Shown here one piece after another: positions 1 through 8,849 of a DNA stretch of 64,000 bases. Position 1 is the stretch's first letter. Each line of letters opens with the position of its first letter. The position numbers and the translations under genes were made by a program. The DNA lies in IMG/VR virus record IMGVR_UViG_3300046171_000231, positions 124,001 through 188,000 of that record; one strand, 5' to 3'. Under the pieces are notes generated by a model. The model was not told the origin of the DNA. It did no database searches and saw only the letters and a program-made list of their open reading frames with translations.

Positions 1-285
1 AACGACTTTAACTTTGTTGTTAGCCAATCCAAGAAAGCCACCCTTCGTATTGCTATCCCTTTCCACACGCATCACTTTTGGATCGTTTGCTTTATAACTT
101 ATCTTATATCCATTATGTCCAACTTCTGCTTCATATGATGTATAAGGACCAACTGGTAAGTTGATACTTGGTAATTTACTTTGACGATTTGATAAAGAAC
201 CTATCATACCAATGTGAGATAATCCAATAAGTCCACCTAATCCCAAGGCGAACCATCTACCCCATTTCACTTCTTTCTTTTCCAT
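1..285 (-). CDS. Hypothetical membrane-anchored protein, truncated by the window edge
   Basis: Manual translation MEKKEVKWGRWFALGLGGLIGLSHIGMIGSLSNRQSK... stays open to base 1; its ATG overlaps the upstream stop (TAATG). Confidence 0.75.
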   Translation of the reverse strand, partial: MEKKEVKWGRWFALGLGGLIGLSHIGMIGSLSNRQSKLPSINLPVGPYTSYEAEVGHNGYKISYKANDPKVMRVERDSNTKGGFLGLANNKVKVV

Positions 286-698
286 TATTTTTTAGGTGGT
301 ACTTGTGGTGCAAGAACCATAGGTGCTTGCTCAATTCTGATTGTTTGTGCTGGTGCTGTATTTGCTGCTTTCTCGATTAATATTTCCATATCTTTCTTTG
401 ATATGTTTGCTCCCCCGCCACCAGATCCATCTTTCTTCTTACCTCCTGCTTGGACACCGAAGGTAGCTAAAGTTCCTGTAAAAATCGAAGCTATGAAAGT
501 TGGATCAATTTTTTCTCCTTGCTCATATCCTGGTATTTTAACGTAGTTTAAAGTTAATATTCCTGCAGACCAAGTGAGCACTGCCAATCTAATAATTGTA
601 GAGAGGAATGCCATTTGCTCGTCTTTATCATCTATTGTCTCTTTAAGTTTACCTAGAGGACCTTTAGGTTTTACTTCTTCTTTCTTTGCTTCAGCCAT
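285..698 (-). CDS. Hypothetical membrane protein
   Basis: 137-aa ORF with two hydrophobic segments; translationally coupled to the next gene. Confidence 0.7.
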   Translation of the reverse strand: MAEAKKEEVKPKGPLGKLKETIDDKDEQMAFLSTIIRLAVLTWSAGILTLNYVKIPGYEQGEKIDPTFIASIFTGTLATFGVQAGGKKKDGSGGGGANISKKDMEILIEKAANTAPAQTIRIEQAPMVLAPQVPPKK

Positions 699-737
699 GG
701 GATCAATATGTCTATATTATATATAGACGCTTAATCC

Positions 738-1001
738 TTAGAAACCTAATGGTATTGGTGACATAGGTGATGCAGCAGGTGCGTCTGGTGTTGATGGTGA
801 TGGTAAACCTAGACTACCTCCACCTAAACCACCAAGGTCTCCAAGACTACCAAGTTTATCGGTGACTGCTTCCATTACCTTGCCTTTGACGTTTTCGATA
901 ATCGCATCCTTGCGTATGAATACGTAACCGCCAAGACCAACAACGGTGAGAGATATAACACCACTTGCAATAGCGATTCCATTTACTATCTTTTGTAACA
1001 T
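738..1001 (-). CDS. Hypothetical membrane protein with Gly/Pro-rich tail
   Basis: N-terminal transmembrane helix; low-complexity C-terminus. Confidence 0.7.
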   Translation of the reverse strand: MLQKIVNGIAIASGVISLTVVGLGGYVFIRKDAIIENVKGKVMEAVTDKLGSLGDLGGLGGGSLGLPSPSTPDAPAASPMSPIPLGF

Positions 1002-1021
1002 AATTCTATTTACTCAACAAA

Positions 1022-2432
1022 TTATATAGACAAACTTTTAATGAGTTCTTTATATGAAAGAAAAGAAGTATTTGTAAAGGTTGTGTGCAATTCACTGGAT
1101 ATCTCTTTAACTTCTTCATAAAGATTCATTTCAGATAAAAAATTATGACACTCTTGTTTTGTTAAATGATTTAATCCAAGTAAAGTATGTCCCCATAGTC
1201 CTATTCCAGAACAACCATATAATTGAGGTAAGTCTTCAAAAAATAATCCTCTTACTTTCAGAAGACTAATAATTTTTTTATTGTAGTCAGTTAGGAGTTA
1301 CTCTACTGTCACGACTATAATGAATATTAATAAAATTTTTAAAATCCTCAATCAAATTATCAATATGTTTATTATAAATGGATATGACATTAGGATTTAA
1401 TGTTCTATCTTTAGTTTCTCTAATACATCTTTGACATAAGATATCAATTTGAACTAATGTAAGATGAATATTAGTTGCTTGTAATGGCTCTAAAAAATGA
1501 TATGCAAGACCTAAAGAAATCACATTTTGGTTCCATGATTTTTTTAACTTGCCAGAATCAAATTTAAATGATTTTAATATTTCAGCATCTGGATAGTTAG
1601 ATTTAATTTCATCTACCACATTATTTCCCCATTCATCACAACTTACATATCCACATCCTATTCTTTCTTGAGTTGGTATCTGCCAACACCATCCTAAATT
1701 TAATTTATCTGCCTTCGTCACCATACTAACACTATGTTTTCTAGTAAAAGTCGTAACAGAATTCATTGGTAAGTTATCTTTAAATGATACCCAATCTGAT
1801 TTCTCTGAAAATATTCTACTATATCCTGTACAATCAATAAAAATATCACCCTCTATGATATGATTACTACAAATTATTTTTGATACTTTACCAGTTTCAT
1901 CTCTTTTAATTTTAGATACTGTATCTGAAATATACTTAATATTTTTTCTTTTTAATGATTTATTCTTTAGATATTGAATTGTTAATTTATTATCTAAGTG
2001 CAAGGCACTATTATAATCTTCTAATCTTCCTGTGTAAGGTGATTTATTTTTCCTTTTCAACAATCCATGTAGAGAAGAGGTATCTAATGATTGATTTTGA
2101 ATATATGTAAAATATAAAAAAGAATCAAAGTCTTCGTTTGTAGTTGGAGTTCCATCTATGGGATTGAAGAAAGTAGAACCTTTACCACTCCAATTATTAA
2201 ATTCAATACCAATTTTTGGTGTTGCCTTTGTTTCTCTTAAAAACTCTGCAACATTTATATCAGGTAATTCCTCTATAGTTTCTACAAAGAGTCCAGTTGT
2301 ACCTTCACCAACACCTATAGTGTTTACATCTGGACTTTCTATAATTACATATTCATGATTTGATTGTCTATGTGAAAATATAAGTGCAGATAACCAACCA
2401 GATATTCCACCTCCAACAATTACAAACTTCAT
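1022..2432 (-). pseudogene. Flavin-dependent (tryptophan halogenase-like) halogenase, frameshifted near 1290-1305
   Basis: GxGxxG (VIVGGGISG), GWCWQIP and LEPLQAT motifs. The C-terminal ~90 aa (TDYNKKIISLLKVRG...LWGHTLLGL...SLSI*) continue in another frame to the stop at 1022. Confidence 0.8.
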
Positions 2433-2638
2433 TTATCAAATTCACTTCCCTCTCCCATATATTGAAGAGAGATAATATCGTGATGAACTTCCTTATCCTC
2501 TCTTAATAACCATTCTGCAAATTCCTCACGGATTGAAATTGCATCTTTTAATTGTTCTACATCACCGTCAGTACATAGATCATTCATTCGGTCTATTGAC
2601 CAATCGTAAGTTGTTCTAAGAGTCTTTGTTAAATTCAC
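2429..2638 (-). CDS. Hypothetical protein
   Basis: 69-aa ORF overlapping both neighbours in operon fashion. Confidence 0.65.
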   Translation of the reverse strand: MNLTKTLRTTYDWSIDRMNDLCTDGDVEQLKDAISIREEFAEWLLREDKEVHHDIISLQYMGEGSEFDK

Positions 2639-3071
2639 CGTAGTCTTTACGCATATAGCGTCCTAATATGTTGCTATTATAATACATTGGTGTCCCGTCG
2701 TCAAGTGACTCCATCAACACATTATGTAAAAACAATTGTTTTGTTTCTTCGTAGTTTACTTTTCCAAGGGTTGCGTGGAGGGAGATAATTTCTCTTCTGA
2801 AAGAGTCTTTTCCAATTTCTCTAATATCTCGTTTAAGATCGTCAGAACTTCCATAGTACTTTTTCCAGTCAGACTCTGATGTAACTCTTCGCTTTCCTCC
2901 TTTTGGTTTTCTTTTTTGAGTAAAGTACTTTCTTCCGATATATTGTTTTCCGTTTGTAGTATTGGTGATGCGATAGACGAACCCATAGTAATTCCCGATA
3001 TCATCAGAGGTAAAAGGATTACCTTCATACATCCAAGGGTTTTCATAATCGACTTCCAAAGTAGTAATCAT
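2616..3071 (-). CDS. denA: GIY-YIG endonuclease (T4 endonuclease II/DenA-like)
   Basis: GFVYRITN...KQYIGRK GIY-YIG signature; YYGSS and YNSNI motifs. Confidence 0.75.
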   Translation of the reverse strand: MITTLEVDYENPWMYEGNPFTSDDIGNYYGFVYRITNTTNGKQYIGRKYFTQKRKPKGGKRRVTSESDWKKYYGSSDDLKRDIREIGKDSFRREIISLHATLGKVNYEETKQLFLHNVLMESLDDGTPMYYNSNILGRYMRKDYGEFNKDS

Positions 3072-3125
3072 ATATTAACACATTCATATCTATATATCCA
3101 TAAATATCAATAAACGATTATATAA

Positions 3126-3488
3126 ATGACTGTTTACAGAAAAAACATAACAATCAATGTCGGTGAGACTTTTAGTGAAGATTTAACATTAATGGGTGCT
3201 GATGGTTCTGGTGTTGTTGATTTAACAGGTTATTCTGCACAATCAAAATTAAGAAAGAGTCCCACAAACTATAGGTTTGCAGATATTCAAGTTGGTATTG
3301 TAAATGCATCTCAAGGATTAGTTAATATCTCAATCGCAAGCACAGTAACTAAATTTCTTCAAGGTGGTAGACACGTATATGATATAGTTCTAATCAAACC
3401 TAATGGATTCAAATCTGTTGCAGTTGAAGGTAATGCACTGGTAAGATCAGGTATCAATACCTTTGTACATTACTTTGGTTCTCCATAA
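3126..3488 (+). CDS. Probable virion structural protein (beta-sandwich, BppU N-terminal-like)
   Basis: DLTGYSAQSKLRK...G.V.ISI...T..L..GRHVYDIVL pattern; late-promoter-like CATAAATA upstream. Confidence 0.6.
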   Translation: MTVYRKNITINVGETFSEDLTLMGADGSGVVDLTGYSAQSKLRKSPTNYRFADIQVGIVNASQGLVNISIASTVTKFLQGGRHVYDIVLIKPNGFKSVAVEGNALVRSGINTFVHYFGSP

Positions 3489-3505
3489 ATAAAAGTAAAA
3501 ATATA

Positions 3506-3889
3506 ATGGCAGTTTTTAGTACAAATTTAGTAATATACAAACATACTGACTTTGAGCAAACCTTTGCACTTGAAGATAGTAACACGAATAGTGTCAAAAA
3601 TTTAACAGGTTTTTCTGCCACTTGCAAAATGCAAAGGACATTAAATCTTGGTAGTTTGACAGAGTTTACAATATCATTTTTGAATGATCGAACACTAGGT
3701 AAAGTTAGAATATCATTAACAGATACACAAACAGCAGCGATTGAAGAAGGTAAATATTTTTATGAGCTAATGTTGACTGACCCAAGTAGCGTTGTAGAAA
3801 GAGTAATTGAAGGAATTGTAATCGTAAAACATCCTGTTACTTGGGATTCACCAACTCCCCTAACTCCTTTTGACGCTCAAGTTCCTTAA
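3506..3889 (+). CDS. Probable virion structural protein, paralog of 3126..3488
   Basis: NLTGFSATCKMQR...GKVRISLT..QT..IEEGKYFYELML mirrors the preceding gene; CATAAATA at 3484-3491. Confidence 0.6.
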   Translation: MAVFSTNLVIYKHTDFEQTFALEDSNTNSVKNLTGFSATCKMQRTLNLGSLTEFTISFLNDRTLGKVRISLTDTQTAAIEEGKYFYELMLTDPSSVVERVIEGIVIVKHPVTWDSPTPLTPFDAQVP

Positions 3890-4095
3890 TCTTCAGGAAA
3901 ATCATAAGGTCCATTCAACTTTTTTTCCATATCTCTTTCGTCTAGGACTTCATTAATAAGTTCTTTGAGTTCTATCTTAAGTGCATCAGATATAAGATTC
4001 ATTTTATTCACCTTCAAAGGTGGAATAGCATCTCTTTGACGCTGTACATCATCAGGAGTCGAACTACTCCCAAAGGTCATCGCTTGTGTATCCAT
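3886..4095 (-). CDS. Hypothetical protein
   Basis: 69-aa ORF in the minus-strand late block. Confidence 0.6.
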   Translation of the reverse strand: MDTQAMTFGSSSTPDDVQRQRDAIPPLKVNKMNLISDALKIELKELINEVLDERDMEKKLNGPYDFPED

Positions 4096-4097
4096 AA

Positions 4098-4232
4098 TTA
4101 TTTTTTATTATATATTAACTCAAAATCCTCAGACACACCAACACCAGGTTGATAGTTCTGAGGATTAAGTTTTGCAAGTTTAACTGACTTTAGACCACCG
4201 ATAATGTCAGCACGATTAATAACAGGTTTCAT
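4098..4232 (-). CDS. Small hypothetical protein (44 aa, below the ORF-track cutoff)
   Basis: MKPVINRADIIGGLKSVKLAKLNPQNYQPGVGVSEDFELIYNKK* fills the gap exactly, 2 nt from both neighbours. Confidence 0.65.
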   Translation of the reverse strand: MKPVINRADIIGGLKSVKLAKLNPQNYQPGVGVSEDFELIYNKK

Positions 4233-4234
4233 AA

Positions 4235-5185
4235 TTATCTAAAGTAACCATCCTCTTTAGTGGTTCCACTTTTCTTTTCATACTCTGTAGCTTTTTTATC
4301 TTGATATTTTTTCCTTGCATCACCTACAGGATCAAATTTCTTTAATTTATCAATACCTTTTTTAGCAAGAACACCACCAAGAACAGCAGCACCAGTTTTT
4401 AATGCCATACCTGCTAATCCTTCATCAAGATTTTTTTTTTGCTCCTCGACAATTGCTTGAATAGTTTCTGCATCCATTTCAGTCATTACATAGTTTGCTT
4501 CTTCGATTGTAGCAGCTTGCTCTGAAGATAACAAGTAATCAAGAACAAAATCATAAGGAGTATACTCTTCCTTTGCCATTTCTGCCTTCTTAGCAAGTCT
4601 TGCCTTTGCCATTGCCTGTGCTTTAAGTTTTTGTTTCTCCTGAAATTCTGCTCTCTGTGCACCAGGAGTTCCTCTCCTATAAAAACCAACTCCTGCACCT
4701 TTCTCTCTTTTGATAAACTTTTTATCAAACTTTTGTTTTTTTGTTAGTGGTTCAGGTTTCTTATCAGGAAAATCTTTTTTGAAATCTCCCTCTGATGGTT
4801 TTCCACCACCCTGTGCACCAACCTCATTAGTTCTCTGTCCAAAGACTACACCTTTTTCTGGTTTGTACTCTGGTTCTGGTTTGGGTTTACCCGACATATT
4901 CTGACTACTTCGAGAAATTCTACCTTGAAATGGTTTTGGTTTTAGACCCAATTCTTCTCTAGTCTTTGGTTTATTTGAATTTCTTGTTATTTTTAATTTA
5001 TCTCTATTTTGTTGATATTTTGGTTTGATCTTTGGTTCATTTGATACTGGTGGTTTTTCTGCAAGTCTTTTTGCAGCAAGTTCTGAACCTCTTGTATTAC
5101 GGTTCTCTTCAAGATTTTCAGGTTTAGAAACCTTGTCAGCATAAATCTTTGCAATCTCTTGATATTCTTTTAAGTCTCTAAACAT
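4235..5185 (-). CDS. Lys-rich late protein, probable internal head/virion protein
   Basis: Very basic; contains a YDFVLDYLL...ATIEEANYVMTEM module; TATAAATA at 5209-5216. Confidence 0.65.
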   Translation of the reverse strand: MFRDLKEYQEIAKIYADKVSKPENLEENRNTRGSELAAKRLAEKPPVSNEPKIKPKYQQNRDKLKITRNSNKPKTREELGLKPKPFQGRISRSSQNMSGKPKPEPEYKPEKGVVFGQRTNEVGAQGGGKPSEGDFKKDFPDKKPEPLTKKQKFDKKFIKREKGAGVGFYRRGTPGAQRAEFQEKQKLKAQAMAKARLAKKAEMAKEEYTPYDFVLDYLLSSEQAATIEEANYVMTEMDAETIQAIVEEQKKNLDEGLAGMALKTGAAVLGGVLAKKGIDKLKKFDPVGDARKKYQDKKATEYEKKSGTTKEDGYFR

Positions 5186-5208
5186 TTTAATTAAATATTC
5201 TACTAACT

Positions 5209-5216
5209 TATTTATA
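5209..5216 (-). promoter_or_regulatory. T4-type late promoter TATAAATA (further copies at 6713, 15087, 16825, 58734, 59626)
   Basis: Exact gp55 consensus immediately upstream of late/structural genes. Confidence 0.75.
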
Positions 5217-5224
5217 TCTAAAAT

Positions 5225-6691
5225 TTATCCAGTGTATTTTGAACCGTATGGTGCGACTTTTTGACGTTTTTTAAGATAGTCTACTTCAGTTGCAATGGAT
5301 TGTGCTGTTCTTCCTTTATCCTTTTTCTTTGGTTTACTAATATCAGATAAGTTAAGTCCCATTCTTGTTACTGTTTTGATTTCTTTTCCATCCTTATCTT
5401 TTACAAATTCTGGTTTTAAGTTTTTCTTAATACGTTCTTTATCTGTTTCTTTTTGAGATGCAGCAGCTCCTCCAACTATTCCTCCTAAACCTGCACCTGT
5501 TAATGCTCTCTTAGCAAAACTACTCATACCTTTTCTAGCAGCGGGACTTAATGCTGCAACTGCACCTACTGTAGCAGCAACTCTACCAACTGGTCCTGCT
5601 TTTGCAAGAGCTTTAATAACTGGAGCTGCTTTCTTTGCACCTGGTAATGAAATTGCTTTTTTAAAGAATGCTCTGTTTTGTGGTCCAATTGCTGCTTTGA
5701 CAACATCTTTCTGTACTAATCTCTTTGTTTTTAAAGCACTTTTTTGTGTTTTACTAAGAATATTTTCAGGTTTTATACCATACTTTTTACTTACGGTTCT
5801 TCTGTATTCAGCAGTAGTAACTTTTTTTCCTACGTCTGGTAGTTTAACTTTTGTTGTTTTTTTTGTAATTTTTTTTATAGGTTCTGTAAAACCTCTATTC
5901 TTCCTAGTAAGATTTTTTGTGATTTTCTTTTTCTTTACAGTTCCTGATTTATCATCAAACGGTGTTTGATCAACTACTTCTGATGGTGTTACTGATGTTT
6001 TAGGTTTCACTCTTTTAAATAAAGTTGGTTCTGAACCTGGTTTCGGTTTGTTTGTCTGACTATAACCAGAAGAACTTACTCTTTTTTGATTTACGTCTTT
6101 TGTAAAATCTTTTGCTTTCTTTGATACTTCAGATTGCTTAACTACCTTTGTTTTAGAACTACCACTTGCTCCTGCAGATCCTTCAGTTGATCCAGATGTG
6201 CCAGTTGCCCTAGAGAAAGCATCTCCTCTTGTAGTTTGACGACTTAATTCTTTTATTTTAGCTATTGTTAATTTTCTTTGCTGAACTAAAGATGGTTTTT
6301 TACCGACTCCTGCATCATATAATCTCTTCTCACTTGCCCTTACGTCTGCGATGGATTTTTTTAAACCAGTTCTATCAGGTGCCTTACTTGTAGTTTTAGG
6401 TTTTCCAAACTGTGGTTTAGGTTCCATACTAGGAACCTTTTTACCTGTGTTTTTAAATGTCGTTTTATCTGGTACAAAAGGACCGCCAGCTTTATATAAA
6501 TCTAATCCTGGTTGTACAACTGTTGGTTTTATATTTTTTCCAAATCCCTTCTGAAAACTCTTCTGACTCTTTTTATATTGCTTTAATGCTTCTGAATCTT
6601 TTTCTAGTAATATTTCAAGATACCTTTGTGCCTCCGACAAAATATAATCAGATTCATTAACAACTTTTCTAAAATTCTCAAACGTCCTCAT
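5225..6691 (-). CDS. Very basic Lys-rich late protein, probable internal head/DNA-binding protein
   Basis: 488-aa K/T/S-rich ORF with N-terminus MRTFENF; TATAAATA at 6713-6720. Confidence 0.65.
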   Translation of the reverse strand: MRTFENFRKVVNESDYILSEAQRYLEILLEKDSEALKQYKKSQKSFQKGFGKNIKPTVVQPGLDLYKAGGPFVPDKTTFKNTGKKVPSMEPKPQFGKPKTTSKAPDRTGLKKSIADVRASEKRLYDAGVGKKPSLVQQRKLTIAKIKELSRQTTRGDAFSRATGTSGSTEGSAGASGSSKTKVVKQSEVSKKAKDFTKDVNQKRVSSSGYSQTNKPKPGSEPTLFKRVKPKTSVTPSEVVDQTPFDDKSGTVKKKKITKNLTRKNRGFTEPIKKITKKTTKVKLPDVGKKVTTAEYRRTVSKKYGIKPENILSKTQKSALKTKRLVQKDVVKAAIGPQNRAFFKKAISLPGAKKAAPVIKALAKAGPVGRVAATVGAVAALSPAARKGMSSFAKRALTGAGLGGIVGGAAASQKETDKERIKKNLKPEFVKDKDGKEIKTVTRMGLNLSDISKPKKKDKGRTAQSIATEVDYLKKRQKVAPYGSKYTG

Positions 6692-7079
6692 TATTTTCAG
6701 ACACTTTCTTTTTATTTATATCAAATGATTCATAGGCATCATAGTCTCCAAACAACCAAGCATCTGCTTTTGCTGCTTCACGATATGCTTCAATACTCAT
6801 ATCTTTGAGTCCTTTTACTTCTGATTCTGTTTCAACAACTTTAACTCTGGGTTGAGTATAACCATCCCAACTCTTATGAATCTCTTTCACTTGCTCATCT
6901 ACACTTGCCATTTCCATCTGTATCTTACCCTCGATCCATATCTTTTTCAACCAAGCAACAATACCTAATGCAAGATGTTGTAGATATGGGTTCTTAAATT
7001 TCTTCTTGACCCATCTTTCTGCTTTTGCATACCAAGGATCTGTGCCCTTACCAAATTGTTTCTGAAATTGTATTTTCAT
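6678..7079 (-). CDS. Hypothetical protein
   Basis: 133-aa ORF overlapping both neighbours. Confidence 0.6.
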   Translation of the reverse strand: MKIQFQKQFGKGTDPWYAKAERWVKKKFKNPYLQHLALGIVAWLKKIWIEGKIQMEMASVDEQVKEIHKSWDGYTQPRVKVVETESEVKGLKDMSIEAYREAAKADAWLFGDYDAYESFDINKKKVSENNEDV

Positions 7080-7672
7080 TTGCTTAATCGGATATTGAAT
7101 GAAACTGAGATACGATCTCCATATGATTTATTTTCATTTACTGAATGACTTAAATGTGCAGGAAAAACTAATATTCTACCCTCTACAGGATTAAAACAAT
7201 AAGTGTGATGAAATTTGTTTTGAATTTTAAATTGTGGATTATATGATTCAATTTCATTATATGTCTCAAAATCATTTGGTGACTCAAACACTATATCTCC
7301 AGAATTTTGAGGACATTGAATCCATAAAACTCCTGCCAAGTTACTATTTGGATGATTATGTTTTATATTATAATCACCTGGTTTATTAATATTAATCCAA
7401 GCTTCAACTTTGATATTAGTAGATTCAAGAATTGCAGGAAATCCTGATAGACAATTTATAATAAATTTTTGTAAGACATCATCTTCATTTTTTACTTGAA
7501 ATGGAGGTGACTGCCACCCCCCATAATTTGAAATTAAAACACTTTGAACACCGCTGTGCTTTATGTCGTAAGCATATTTAATTAAATCATCTTTTATTTC
7601 ATCAAATTCATTTACATCAAACTGATGTATTATGGTAGGAAAAAGATTTGTAGTGCTATAACTTAAATCCAC
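7076..7672 (-). CDS. 2OG-Fe(II) oxygenase superfamily protein (TIGR02466-like)
   Basis: WININKPGDYNIKHNHP...LAGVLWI...FPAHLSHSV...RISVSFN. Confidence 0.85.
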   Translation of the reverse strand: MDLSYSTTNLFPTIIHQFDVNEFDEIKDDLIKYAYDIKHSGVQSVLISNYGGWQSPPFQVKNEDDVLQKFIINCLSGFPAILESTNIKVEAWININKPGDYNIKHNHPNSNLAGVLWIQCPQNSGDIVFESPNDFETYNEIESYNPQFKIQNKFHHTYCFNPVEGRILVFPAHLSHSVNENKSYGDRISVSFNIRLSK

Positions 7673-8849
7673 TAAAAGTATCCTTTTTCACATCCTGTTT
7701 AATACCACCGACAATGTAGGATTCTACTTCTGTCTCCTGTGGTGCCACTTGTAATCCTTTTGAAGATATCCAATGCTCTGTCCAAGGTAATGGATTGTTT
7801 CTTGCTGCAATGTCATAAACTGGTTTCAATCCAATTGCTCTCATTCTACGATTTGCTATCCATTCAACATATTGATGAAGTAGTTTGTCATTGAGACCAA
7901 TCATACTTCCATTTGTAAATAGATACTCTGCCCATCGCTTCTCTTCGTTTACACAACGATCAAACATACTATAAGTCCACTGCTCTTCTTCTTTGATGAT
8001 TTCCTTCATCTGTTTGTCGTCACCCTTTCTCCAGTTGTTTATAATATTTTGAGTTATTGCCAAATGGAGGTTTTCATCTCTAGCAATAAGCGAAATGATT
8101 TTCGCAGATCCTTCCATGAGTTTAAGCTCACCAAAAGCAAAACTACAAGCGAAAGATACGTAAAAGCGGATACCTTCCAAAATGTTGACATTAGTAACTG
8201 CACGATAAAGTTTCCTCTTTAATTCTTTTGTTTCCCACTCTGCTGTAGGACTTCCTTTCCAACCTTCTTTCCAGAAGTTACCTGTATCATACTGATGTGC
8301 TTCGTTTATAAAGGTATCATATGACTCTGTAACACTTGATGCTCTGTCTAGGATACGATCATCAGATAGTATCTTATCAAAGACTTCAGATGGGTCTGAG
8401 TATACATTCTTAATAACATATGTGTATGAACGTGAGTGTATCATTTCCATAAATGACCATACTTCCATACAAGCTTCTAACTCAGGTAGAGAACAATATG
8501 GTAAAAATGCCATACCTGGTGCACGACCCTGTACTGAGTCGAGCATAATCTGATACTTAAGATTAGATGTATAAATGTGTTTCTGCTCTGGACGTAGTGA
8601 TTGATAATCGCCACGATCTTTTTGTAATGATACCTCTTCTGGTCTCCAGAAATATCCTAATTGAGACTTTGTTAAATTCTCAAATGCAGGATACTTAAAG
8701 TTATCATATCTTTGAACTCCTAAAGGTTTGCCAAAAAACATAGGTTGTTTTTTTGTGTCGCATTCCTCTGTGTTAAAGACAGTCATGCCTTTAAGATTTG
8801 TCATTGATTTTTTTCCGATAGGTGAAACTTTAAATTGAACAGGATTCAC
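7656..8849 (-). CDS. nrdB: Ribonucleotide reductase class Ia beta subunit
   Basis: FWRPEEVSL, EMIHSRSY, EGIRFYVSF and IARDENLH diiron motifs; VAPQETE tail. Confidence 0.97.
   Translation of the reverse strand: MNPVQFKVSPIGKKSMTNLKGMTVFNTEECDTKKQPMFFGKPLGVQRYDNFKYPAFENLTKSQLGYFWRPEEVSLQKDRGDYQSLRPEQKHIYTSNLKYQIMLDSVQGRAPGMAFLPYCSLPELEACMEVWSFMEMIHSRSYTYVIKNVYSDPSEVFDKILSDDRILDRASSVTESYDTFINEAHQYDTGNFWKEGWKGSPTAEWETKELKRKLYRAVTNVNILEGIRFYVSFACSFAFGELKLMEGSAKIISLIARDENLHLAITQNIINNWRKGDDKQMKEIIKEEEQWTYSMFDRCVNEEKRWAEYLFTNGSMIGLNDKLLHQYVEWIANRRMRAIGLKPVYDIAARNNPLPWTEHWISSKGLQVAPQETEVESYIVGGIKQDVKKDTFSGFKL

Noticed and set aside
2616-3071. Mobile GIY-YIG homing endonuclease
   Set aside because: Short, lacks a DNA-binding tail domain, and resembles the conserved EndoII/DenA-type core gene
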